Assembly (NCBI RefSeq): GCF_001194135.2
Contig: NC_068998.1
Span: 32,074,625-32,119,322, forward strand
Direction of reading: 5' to 3'
Length of the DNA: 44,698 bases
From: Octopus bimaculoides
Lineage: Eukaryota
This document shows positions 23,216 through 34,040 of this stretch, piece after piece (position 1 is the stretch's first letter; each line of letters opens with the position of its first letter). The notes beneath the pieces were generated by a model. The model saw nothing but the letters and a program-made list of their open reading frames with translations, did no database searches and was not told where the DNA came from. Made by a program: the position numbers and the translations under genes.

Positions 23216-23758
23216 CAGGGCTGGTGCTAGAAAGTGCGGGGCCCAATTAGAGAATTGCCTGCTTTACAAAAGCTGAAAATTGATGTATTATACTTCGTAT
23301 AATATCAGTCCCAGCAAAAAAGCATTGAGGACTTGAGACTTCACAATTAGCCATAATGATATACTAAAAATTTAAAGCTGATGTGGAAGTTTCATTACAA
23401 GTCAAGATAATAGCTAACATACCATTTCTGAAGAGGCCTTCTAAAAACAGACTTTTCTGTTTTTTTTTAACTCTTTCAAAATCATTTCAAAGTCAATGGA
23501 TTTGTAATGTTATTTTCTATAATTAGTGTGGCCAAATTATTTAGTTCTCTCTTGTGAAACTGCAGATCATAGTATGTTTTAATCAGTTTTAGTTTTACAA
23601 AAATTCTTTTGCCTGATGTTACTGCTATGGGCATTGTTAAGTAAATCCTCAAAACAATAAAAACATTAGTAAATGTTTAATTTACCATAGCATGTCTGAC
23701 TGTGTGCATGGGGCCCACTTTGAACAAAACTGTCTAGTTGGCTTTAAAATCAGCCCTG
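23216..23758 (-). mobile_element. hAT DNA transposon, non-autonomous deletion derivative (543 bp)
   Basis: Perfect 8-bp TSD ATGCTGGT (23208-15 and 23759-66), TIRs CAGGGCTG(G/A)T and subterminal GGGGCCC. The minus strand encodes MPIAVTSGKRIFVKLKLIKTY..LNNLATLIIEN, i.e. the hAT dimerisation domain (P.T.AS.ERSFSKLK.IK..LR). Confidence 0.92.
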
Positions 23759-24171
23759 ATGCTGGTGACCACTGTGTCTGAGAACGAATTTCTGATTCAA
23801 AAGAAGTTGGGATATGTGGGCAGTTCTCTGAGCATGCTACTAATTGTTTTGTTTGTATATTGATTGAAAGCCTAACTACTCATTCCACATTCTTGCTAGC
23901 AACTTCATTCTGGATCTGCTGAAAACACATAGAAGCACATATGCACATACAAATTTAAACTATATAATATTTCAATATCTTCAATTGAATATAGCTTTGA
24001 AATTGTATTAGAAGATCATATTATTGAACATTTAGGAACTGATCATTGAGAAAAACTTAAGATAATAGAAATAATATCAATGAATTTTGTAATTAATATC
24101 AATGAACATAGTTCAGATCTCCCAGGAAACAAACTGAATTGAAGTGGAAGAATTATGTAATTTATATTGAC

Positions 24172-24365
24172 TCATCATCGTCGTCATTTCTTTGATGTCT
24201 ACTTTTCCACATTTGCACAGTCAGATGAAAGTATGTTGTAGCAGAGTTTTCTATAGTCTGATTCCCTTCTTGTTGCCAACCCACACTTGTTTCCAAATGA
24301 GATAATAATCTTCCAGTCTGTTGAACAACAAATACCCTAGACATGTTTATGTGAGGAACTGGAAA
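24172..24365 (-). mobile_element. RTE-type 3' tail remnant
   Basis: (CAT/CGT)n tail followed by TTTGATGTCTACTTTTCCAC..TTTTCTATAGTCTGATTCCCTTCTTGTTGCCAACCC. Confidence 0.65.
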
Positions 24366-24529
24366 CAATTTGTACCATATGAATGAGCTTTTTGTTTACA
24401 AAGATTGTGCAACATGCCAAAATGTTGGAATATGCTTTCATGATAAGCAAAGGACACCTTCAAAGAAGCCATTGTTAATAATCATGTAGATAAGGAAATA
24501 AAAACTCATTCACACAAATATGCACATAT

Positions 24530-24569
<40 letters not shown>

Positions 24570-24571
<2 letters not shown>

Positions 24572-24720
24572 GGCTTATTTCAGTTTCTGTCTACCAAATC
24601 TACTTATAAATTCTTGATTGTCCCAGAGATACAGTCAAGGTCATTTGCTCAAGTACCATACAGTGGGTTTGAATCTGGATCCATGTGGCTGAGGAGTGAG
24701 CTTCTTAATCACAGTCATTT
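24570..24720 (-). mobile_element. tRNA-derived SINE head, with (CA)n at about 24531-24569
   Basis: Homologous to 33075-33222; degenerate B box on the minus strand. Confidence 0.75.
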
Positions 24721-24989
24721 CTGTAGCCTTTAAATAATCTAATTTCATCAAAAGAATTTCATGTGATTTTAGGCTCCTATCCAATATAAGAACTGTATGA
24801 AAGCAATATGAAAAGAAAAGTTGATGTCTACTACATTAATGTAGCTCATTCACATTATATAAGCTTGTATAACTTTGTCATTGCTCTTAATACACAAGGA
24901 TTCAAATAAATATTATTAATTAATGACAAGGCATTAATAACTGTCAGAGTCGTGGATGAACTTGTATTAATGAATATTTTTACATTCTG

Positions 24990-25100
24990 AGTTTGAATTC
25001 CTTTGCATCAGTTTCTAGCATTTCATTCTTTTTCTGGGAGATTGAGATGAATAAATATAGTACCAGTCAATCACTGCAGTTGATTTAATAGATAGTGCCC
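24990..25100 (+). mobile_element. Highly decayed SINE
   Basis: TTCTGAGTTTGAATTCC..AGTACCAGTCAATCACTG..TTGATTTAAT. Confidence 0.5.
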
Positions 25101-25869
25101 TCTATCTATGATGCTGTACTAATGTAAGCAAGAAGGCAAAAATAATGTAGAAGGTTCATTCTTCACTGATGTGCTCTTCTACCTTAATTTTTCTTCTACT
25201 CAGTGTAAAGAGATATAGCAAATGAAACTTAATATCAAATAGCAATTAAAATTATAAAAGAATTAATATAGAAAGTTTGCAAACTGCAACATTACTTTTG
25301 GTCAAAAAGCTCTAAAAGTATTTTAGATAAGTTGTCTTGTAATCTTGTTATATTTAAATTTGTAATCCTTTAATCGTCTTGAGCAGCAGATAAACATTCT
25401 GCTAATTGAATGTAATAAGATTTTAAATTCTTCAAGAAAAAACATTACTCTGTTTCTCTTGCCCTTGTACACTTACACACCATATATAGAGTAAGGATGT
25501 GTATATGCATGTATATTTTTATGTGTATGTGCAACTATCTAGCTATCTGTCTGTCGTGGGTGTGTAGATAAGTTCATAAGAGTGTGAAAAGTGTGTGACA
25601 CATGATTACGGGTGGAGATGGAGGTGGATGCAGTGAATATCAGTTTATATGGGAGGAGGTAAAAGAAATAAGAGTGGGTCAGTAGGGAGGAGGAGATGAT
25701 AAGGGACTGTAAGTGGGATACATTGTGAAGTGTATGGGAATAAAAGGTATCACTTCCAGCTCCAGAATGAGCAGAACAGCAGTGAGAAGATTGAGGAAGA
25801 GATGGGTGTTAGAAGATGAGTTAGATGGGTGAAAGGCTTGACAGGGTTTCATTTTTGCTTAGATAGATG

Positions 25870-26590
25870 GGATTCTCAAGCACAGAGTATTATCACTCAT
25901 TTTGGTCCATTGCCATCTCCTCCATGGCGCTCAGCATCTTCAGGCTGGTCTTCATCACTTCATTCAATGTTTTCCTAGGTCACCCTCTTCCACATGGCGA
26001 CTGATCTTTCTTCATGCTGCTCTCCTCATCCATCAACATCACTTGATCATACTAGTCCTCTCTCTTCTTTTGCACACCACATCTGATGACACTTATGCCT
26101 AATTTTTCTCTCAAGACATTTGTACTTTGTTGTACATGCACACTGACATTGCACATTCAGTTGAGTATGCCAGATTCATTTCTTTTTAATCTTTCCATGT
26201 CTTCTAAATTCATGGACCAGCATTGCTGTTCATGCATAAGCATCATAACATCTGACTTTTACTCTGAGAAAGAGGCCTTTTCTTGACAACAGAGGTAAAA
26301 TCTCTCTGAATTTTTTCCAGTTGGTTTGTATTCTAGAAACTACATTTTCAGGGTATCCTCTTCTACTGCCAGTTATGTCACCTAGGTGACATAAACTGCC
26401 CACTACCTTTAAGAATCCTCCTGGGCATTTCAGAAAATCTATTTCTCACATGCTCTTAATGTTTATTACATGTACCTGAGGTAGATGTATGGCCACAAAC
26501 AATGTCTGCTTTCTCTGTTAATCTTCCAGTAATTCCACACCACTTCTCATGTGTCCATAGTTTTGCATTGAGTACACTATATCCATCCAT
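25870..26590 (-). mobile_element. Old RTE LINE C-terminal fragment (same broad family as 11224-12800)
   Basis: FCHLGDITGSRRGYPENVVSRIQTNWKKFREILPLL..CGRG*PRKTLNEVMK; nucleotide homology to 11500-12200 (e.g. CACACTGACATTGCACATT). Confidence 0.85.
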
Positions 26591-26705
26591 GTCTATATAG
26601 TTACTAGAAATAGGGCGCTTTCAGTTATAATGTATTGAAGAATAGTTTTCAATTGTATTTGGTCCTGCAATTTATCTCTTCTGATGAATCAACAGATTAC
26701 ACACA

Positions 26706-26707
26706 CA

Positions 26708-26789
<82 letters not shown>
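26706..26789. repeat. (CACG)21 microsatellite
   Basis: Directly visible; explains ORFs 26635..26874 and 26672..26944. Confidence 0.98.
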
Positions 26790-26791
<2 letters not shown>

Positions 26792-27054
26792 CACACATCT
26801 ATAATATAAGATTAACAGAGCATTACTTTTATGACCAGATGCATACACCATCCTCACTCCCTCAGATCCCATGACACAATTTACTCTACCTTTGTGAACC
26901 AATACATAGGACTCAAACATACCTTTATGTATTTGTGAATGCATAGAGGTGTGGGTTCAAGTACTATGCATACAGCAAACCCTACTTTTATTTATTGAAG
27001 GCTTATATGCCCAAATATTAGACATGATGATCGCTTATAACCCTTAAGCTTATA

Positions 27055-27084
<30 letters not shown>

Positions 27085-27088
<4 letters not shown>

Positions 27089-27189
27089 CTAACATCTTTA
27101 ATTAGATTAATAAATTAATATAGTTTTATATATATATATATATATATAAACTATATTAATTTATTAATCTAATTAAAGATGTTAGATAT
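27085..27189. repeat. Perfect 42-bp inverted repeat around a (TA)n core
   Basis: ATATCTAACATCTTTAATTAGATTAATAAATTAATATAGTTT (27085-27126) and its exact reverse complement (27148-27189) flank 21 nt of alternating T/A. Confidence 0.97.
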
Positions 27190-27408
27190 TTATCAAGCTT
27201 GTTCTGGTGTATATTTGCCTTATGTTTGCAAGTATCAATAGTATAATAGAATGATTTTACTGGTGTGAATGCTGTTTTCATCCAGGCTAGGGTTTTTAAA
27301 AATTTGTTTACTTGTAATGTATATTTCATTGTTATCCTGTTGAGCCGTAGTCCACCTGAGCACTGTATACAACAATTTCTTTCATATATGAATTCTGTAA
27401 ATTCCAAC

Positions 27409-27456
<48 letters not shown>
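27409..27456. repeat. (TA)n microsatellite
   Basis: Directly visible. Confidence 0.95.
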
Positions 27457-27461
<5 letters not shown>

Positions 27462-27829
27462 ATTAAAAAATTATTTAAAAAATGGCAAAAAATCATATAT
27501 TAATTAATATCGATTAATTACCAGGAAGCTAGCACATTTAAAGAATCAAAGAGATTCAGAAACAGTATCTGCAATCTCAAGGGATTAAAGTACATTTTTA
27601 TATATGACGTTGACCACTAACGTGGACATTTAATGTGCTAGAAATAGATCACATCTTGTGTCTAAAAAGACCTAAATTGTTCTCAACATGAAATATAGCG
27701 GGATACCAAAACGTAAGCGGGCAAGACATTTAAAATCACCGAGAAGGAACATTATTAAACAGGTATCGGCTTCAAATTTAACAATCTTACCGACTGTCTA
27801 TTTCTCTTCAGCCTGATTTGTAATGGAAC

Positions 27830-28290
27830 CATAATCATCAGAACTCCATACAAAGTTGCCCACCGCCAGTAAGGCATATGAAAGAAACCTAATCAACGTT
27901 GGTCAAGTTTCAGCAGGCAGAATGGTGATATCCAGTCATTCACTGTGGGAGATATATCTCAGATCCTGGTGAGATATGTAGATTCACAAGATGAACCTGC
28001 TGTATTCCTGCTCAAGTGCGATAACTACAGAAATGGTTGTATTTTATTGTCTTTGACACATAAGATGCCTTGATCACCACCATGCAAAGTATACCATCAG
28101 TTTGTAGATGCAAGAAGTTTCAGTTCTGACTTACACTGGATATGGATTATTGCAAGAAAATGCTAGTCTGGACAACCAGCCTCACTCTCTTGTCTTTGAC
28201 CTCCTGATGCTGCTGAAAGTAAGAATACAGCAAGTTGATCTGTGTAATCTATTTGTCTCACCATGCTCTTTGCTATCCCACCACACAGTG
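27830..28290 (-). mobile_element. Highly decayed RTE (BovB-like) LINE C-terminal fragment
   Basis: With frameshifts: KLMVY..VVI..(SY)VSKT, ALEQ, LLKLDQR*LGFFHMP..RWATLYGVL, resembling TKL.VY.AVV..LLYG.ETW / LLK.QLRWLGHV.RMP..RLPK..LYGEL. Confidence 0.6.
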
Positions 28291-29216
28291 ACATGATTGA
28301 ATATCACATTTCTGCCTACTAAAATGTGACCATTGTTGGTTAGGTTTCTTCCATGCTGGATCTCCCGTTTTCACAAGCATGAGATGACAAGCCCTTAAAT
28401 TTCTATATGGTTATGCATATTAAATATATAAATATTTTGGTTGTGGCAAAATGTATATTGAAAATAATTTTGGGAATAGATTTTTCAGTTACAGTATTCA
28501 TTCATGATAAGTAGATACATTGTTCTGATGACAATCATAAAACTTGACATGGTGTACAGCTACAAAAAGCTAAATCTAGCTAACAGACTGTTCTCAGCAA
28601 AACTTTTTTCAAGCACTAGATTTCTGATGTTATAAAGGAAGAAGTAATGAAGGATTGCTGTGTGACTCAAGAGAATTAAAATGAATAACAAATATTCAGT
28701 ATGATATAAAAGTTTTGAAGAAATACTGATTACTCTGTCTAAAAAAAAAATGTTGACTGTCTCTTGTTGATAGAGAATTAGAGAATTAAACTCAACTTGG
28801 GTGAAATATTCTTGTATAGTTCTGTGAGGATACTAAATAAAATACTCTTGATATATTCTTTCAAGGTTAATAAAAACAAAAACGTTTCAGCTTATTATGC
28901 TGCTTTTACTTTGAGCAATTTGGTTCTTAGCAGTTATTTAGGAAAGTAAAATGGCAAATTCCTTTGAAAGTTGTTGTGGTTATAGGGTGTCTGTGGGTAA
29001 ATTACTGACCAGATATTGCTGTATGATATATAGAAACATCTAGCTTCATTTTGTTATGTATAGGTATACCAATCCCAATTACAATTTCTTTGAGATAAAA
29101 ATTGTAAGAAAATAGTTCAATCCAATTTCAAGAATAGGTTTCCTAACAATTCATATACAAAACTAAATTGTTTCAGAAATCATTTCACTACAGCAAAAAA
29201 AAAAAAGAAACGAAAA

Positions 29217-29844
29217 NNNNNNNNNNNNNNNNNNNNNNNNNNNNNNNNNNNNNNNNNNNNNNNNNNNNNNNNNNNNNNNNNNNNNNNNNNNNNNNNNNNN
29301 NNNNNNNNNNNNNNNNNNNNNNNNNNNNNNNNNNNNNNNNNNNNNNNNNNNNNNNNNNNNNNNNNNNNNNNNNNNNNNNNNNNNNNNNNNNNNNNNNNNN
29401 NNNNNNNNNNNNNNNNNNNNNNNNNNNNNNNNNNNNNNNNNNNNNNNNNNNNNNNNNNNNNNNNNNNNNNNNNNNNNNNNNNNNNNNNNNNNNNNNNNNN
29501 NNNNNNNNNNNNNNNNNNNNNNNNNNNNNNNNNNNNNNNNNNNNNNNNNNNNNNNNNNNNNNNNNNNNNNNNNNNNNNNNNNNNNNNNNNNNNNNNNNNN
29601 NNNNNNNNNNNNNNNNNNNNNNNNNNNNNNNNNNNNNNNNNNNNNNNNNNNNNNNNNNNNNNNNNNNNNNNNNNNNNNNNNNNNNNNNNNNNNNNNNNNN
29701 NNNNNNNNNNNNNNNNNNNNNNNNNNNNNNNNNNNNNNNNNNNNNNNNNNNNNNNNNNNNNNNNNNNNNNNNNNNNNNNNNNNNNNNNNNNNNNNNNNNN
29801 NNNNNNNNNNNNNNNNNNNNNNNNNNNNNNNNNNNNNNNNNNNN
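29217..29844. other. Assembly gap (N run)
   Basis: 628 N, followed by a (CCA/CCT)-rich simple repeat to about 29928. Confidence 1.
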
Positions 29845-30684
29845 ACCATCACCACCATCACCACCATCACTGCCACCACCTCCCATCCCCCTCCTCATCC
29901 ACACCCTCCTCCCCTCCTCCCCCTCCTCATGTGCAATAAAGCTAGACTAGCTGGATGTATATATATTTGTAATTTTAATTAGATCCTCAAGAACAGGAAT
30001 TTAGTGGGTAGTGTTTATTAGTATCCATCATAACCATTACAGTGGTGGAATGATAATGGTGTATGTAACTTATTTGATTTAGAATGGGTAATCAGGAGTC
30101 ACAAATTTCTTGATCCGCTGATAAAATGGAGTGGCATAATTTGTAGATTGTGGTTGGATTTGGAACTTACCTTTTGGTGAACAGAAGCAATGTACACAAA
30201 TCTGTCTGATCAGAAAACACTGCAAACTGTTTATAAGATTATTGAAGTATCAGTAAATTCGATTGATATTGTATTTGTACTGAGGATGTTTAGATGAACA
30301 AAGACTGCTGCTATTGCTGTGTTGTCCAAGTCAGAATTGAGTTAAGGTATATTGGTAGTCTTGCAATCAACAGAACCAAGATCTAAGATATACCAAGCTT
30401 TATGGTGGATCAAACAGCATACTGTATGAAAAGCAGCCTAGCAGTCTGGTAATGTAGCATTTCCCATCTATCCGTCTGTTCCTGTATGTATATAGGCTCG
30501 ACTAGTGAGAGCAGCAGAGTTATGTAATGAAAAAGTGGGGACATTTATTAGATTTTGGAAGTAGATGACATTAGGAGATGTCAAGGCATTGAAAACACTA
30601 TGATGATAGTGCTTACCTAACAGGAAGCTGTATGCTTAATGCAATGTCTCAGATATATGGGCAACTTTCTGGTATAGAAAAATA

Positions 30685-31736
30685 CAAGGAGGTACCCAAA
30701 AGTAACTGGAAACATTCTTTATGGGACAAGCCCATTGTAGTTCAGGCTTCCACTACTACAAGCCAATTGATGCAACCCTCAGGCATCAGTCTGCTGACTG
30801 GTGCCATCAGATAATGTCATACTGACACGTAGTGCATCTTTGTTTCGCAGTGCTTCTCCCCTGTCTGTCGATTTTTGTGATGGCTGAAAGGAAGGGATAG
30901 TGTGCTTCCATGAAATTCTGTTTCCTGCTGGGGAAAACGGTGACCAAAACAGTTTCACATGCTTTGAACAGCTACTAACAAAATTTGGCCTCACTTGCTC
31001 ATGGAAGATCAAAAGCAGCCATGGATAAATGCATGTTGTGAACTGAAAGAAGTTGATCCAAGCCTGTTTTTGAAGGTCAACAATGGTGACAAAAGCTGGT
31101 GCTATGGTTATGAACTGGAAACGAAGCAGCAATCAAGTCAATGGAAGCATTCAATGTTACCATGCCCCCATCCAAAAGTGCATCAAATGAAGTCCAATGT
31201 CAAGACAATGCTGATTTGTTTTATCGTTGTAAAAGGAATAGTCCACATGGAATTTGTCCCTCCTTGGTCAAGCTGTTAACCAAACATTTTACTTGGCAGT
31301 TCTGAATTGTTTGCAAGACACAGTGAGCTGAAACGCTCGACCAGTGGCAAAGTTGAGAGTGGTAGTTTCATGACAATGTACCTCCATACACTGCCTTGAG
31401 TGTGGAACAGTTTTTGACTGAAGATGGCATGATCCCACTTACTCACCCTCCTTATTCACCCGATCTTGCTCCCTGCAACTCTCTTATGTTCCCCTATATG
31501 AAAAATGTCCTTAAAGGAAAACGTTTTGCTGATGTGGAAAAGGTGAAGAAAATGATGGAGGCATTAAAAGACATCACTTTGCAAGAGTTCCAGGACTGCT
31601 TTGAACAGTGGAAAATGTGTCTGGACCAATGCATTGCTTCAAATGGTGAATACTTTGAAAGCGATAAAAGTGTAAACATGTAAAACTAAGAAAAGAAAAT
31701 ATTGCAAAATTCTGGTTTCTTTTGGTTACTCCCTTG
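30685..31736 (+). mobile_element. mariner (DD34D) transposon, internally deleted, inactive
   Basis: TA-flanked degenerate TIRs (CAAGGAGGTACCCAAAAGTAACTGGAA; reverse complement of right end CAAGGGAGTAACCAAAAAGAAACCAGAA). Remnants MKFCFLLGK, NGDKSWCYGYELETKQQSSQWK, HDNVPP..HPPYSPDLAPCN (34 residues between D2 and the D3 position, which now reads N), LKGKRFADVE. The length of 1052 bp is short of the typical ~1.3 kb. Confidence 0.95.
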
Positions 31737-32617
31737 TATTCCTTACATGGTGAGTTCTTAAAAGGAAGCTTTCTTTTCTAAATGTCATGTTGATTATGTG
31801 AGGAAAGTATGAGTTACCATGAAAGGTTAACACACGTGCATGTTGGCATAAACAATGAGGATATATCTGTTTCTTGAGAGCTGTATTATTTATTTAGTCA
31901 CTTTGTACATAAATTCACACACACACACACAGACACACGTGTGTGTATGTGAATCCAGTTTGTTTACATGTTTAATAACTTTTGCTTATTGGGGTGGGGT
32001 GTATTGTTTTTACATCTGGATGATCATGAAGTAGGTGTGAAGCATTTCTTTTGTACAAGACAAACAGGAAATAATGTGAAGCAGAAAAGAACTGAGGAAA
32101 CTAGTGCTAATCTGTATCAGCAGATACGTTTTGCTGCTGTGAAGAATAGGAGACATTGAATAGTGATATTAGAGAATCAATATTCCATGCCTTTTTGAGG
32201 GGTCAATTACTTAGGTAAGATCTGAACTTAAGATCTTGTGTTTCAATAGTTCAAACTCTAACCATACAGCCATTATACTCCTTTACTAACAACTATGTAT
32301 TTCAATACAGATAATTTATAATAGTTGATTGAAACTCTCCTAGTATACTATTGTTAGCTGTTTTATCAATCATTGGATTGAAATCAAAATTGGTCTTGTC
32401 AGCATTTGAACTATGAATATAAAGACAATATAGCCAAGTACCCAACCATCTCTGCTAACTTGCTATCCTTTTCTATTTTAAATAGTAATGCTTACAATTA
32501 CAAAGTAATGTGAAACAAGTTTATTAGTTAGACACTCAGACATAAGGCCATCTAATTTTGATCCTAGCTGCTTTATGTTTAACAATCTAATTTGGATGGC
32601 AATTGAAGAAATTTTCC

Positions 32618-32656
32618 TGGCAGACATTTCATGGCAGACATTTCATGGCAGACATT
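32618..32656. repeat. Perfect 14-bp tandem repeat x2.8
   Basis: TGGCAGACATTTCA TGGCAGACATTTCA TGGCAGACATT. Confidence 0.95.
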
Positions 32657-32899
32657 AACCATTTTAAGTTTGAAATAAATTGTCTTGGAATTATAACATA
32701 TATTACTTGAGGAATCAAATAAATTGATAAGAATATTCTTAAGTGAGAACATATATCTCAAAATTTGTATGATAGATAAAAATAGTTGCTTGACTATCTT
32801 ATAGTATTTTCGCTTTTTACTTGTTTCAATCATTAGACTGCAACCATGTTGGGGCATAACCTTTAAGAATTTTAGTTGAATGAATCAATCCTAGTTCTT

Positions 32900-33005
32900 T
32901 TGTATTTTTTAAGCCTGATACTTATTTTATTGGTGTCTTTTGCTGAACTGCTAACTTACAGGAATGTAAACACACCAACACCGGCTGTCAAGCAGTGGCA
33001 GCATG

Positions 33006-33070
<65 letters not shown>

Positions 33071-33222
33071 ACACCAGGATTTTTTCAGTTTCCGTTTACC
33101 ACATCCACTCACCAGGCTTTGGCTATAATAGAAGACACTTGCCCAAGGTGCCACACAATGGGACTGAACCTCAAACTGTGTGATTGGGAAGTAAGCTTCT
33201 TACCACACAGTTGTACCTGCAC
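32900..33222 (-). mobile_element. Near full-length tRNA-derived SINE with internal (TG)n
   Basis: Minus strand: A-box-like TGTGTGGTAAG, B box GGTTCAGTCCC (33160-33170), body GGCACCTTGGGCAAGTGTCTTCTA, (TG)n at about 33008-33072, and a tail as in 10150-10260. Confidence 0.9.
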
Positions 33223-33850
33223 CTATATGTTGGAGAATTACTGGAAACTTGCTTTTTAATGCAGTACATATCAACAAATATCATTTTACTAGAGTCCTTT
33301 CCATTACTTGCAATTTTGTGGCTGATGACACCAAAATTACAAAGTTAAAAAACATTGACAAGTTGTGCAATGGTCCTGTTACTTACACAAGTAAACTATA
33401 TTTTCACATGGTACTTATTTTACTGCTTAGTAGACTGAGATGGTGTGAGTTCAGTCTCATGACTTTGGAACCAAATCCAAGCTGGAAATGAGATTTTGGT
33501 CGTTATCAAATCAGATATCTGTAGCTGTTTGACATGGCTCTATAAATCTTTCAGTTTTTTTATGCATAACTGATAATTTGAAAACCTTGATACGCTACTT
33601 ATTATCTGTTTGTTAATATCTATAACTATGATAGCATATGAGAAAAAAAGAAATTCACAAACATTAAAGGAAAGCAAAAGGGAATAGCAATAAGTTGGCC
33701 ATGTGCTGTTAACTGGTTCTAGAGTCACACTTCAGAAATGGCATTGAACACTATTAGGACAACAAAGACATGAGAAGGCTTAATGCCATATCCAAGAGAA
33801 CACTTTTGGAGAAAACTGAAAAGTTTGTCAATAGAATAAATAACAATTCC

Positions 33851-34040
33851 AGGGCCACTCCACATTTTGCAAGGGGAAACAATAGATTATATTGACTCCA
33901 GTACTTATTTTATCAATCATTTAAGGATGAAAGGTAAAGCTGACTTTAGTGAAATTGAACTCAGAATATATAGCAATGTAGCTAAATGCAACCAAGTATT
34001 TTGTCCACTATACAATTAAATCTGCCAATCTACCCCACTT
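33851..34040 (-). mobile_element. Decayed SINE
   Basis: ATTGACTCCAGTACTTATTTTATCAA..AAGGATGAAAGGTAAAGCTGAC..TTGAACTCAGAA, the reverse complement of the 42567-type family. Confidence 0.7.

Noticed and set aside
26635-26944. ORFs with HART/CVRA, HT/CV, YI or YVCM repeats (also 3114, 19135, 27265, 32876, 32951)
   Set aside because: They are microsatellite translations.
27688-28218. Plus-strand exon-like segments (27812-27868; 28108-28218 MQEVSVLTY..LLK with AG/GTAAGA)
   Set aside because: They overlap the antisense of a decayed RTE LINE, which explains the composition; no independent support.
30171-30205. Minus-strand 35-nt exon candidate with AAG|GTAAGT donor (DRFVYIASVHQK)
   Set aside because: Too short to assess, no partner exon, and consensus donors occur by chance at this window size.
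33075-33222. tRNA-like A and B boxes as a tRNA gene
   Set aside because: No cloverleaf; it is the head of a multi-copy SINE.
33249-33491. FVADDTKI resembling a CR1/L2 RT YADD motif
   Set aside because: No flanking RT motifs (QGS..P upstream, K.K/YLG downstream); an isolated 7-residue match.
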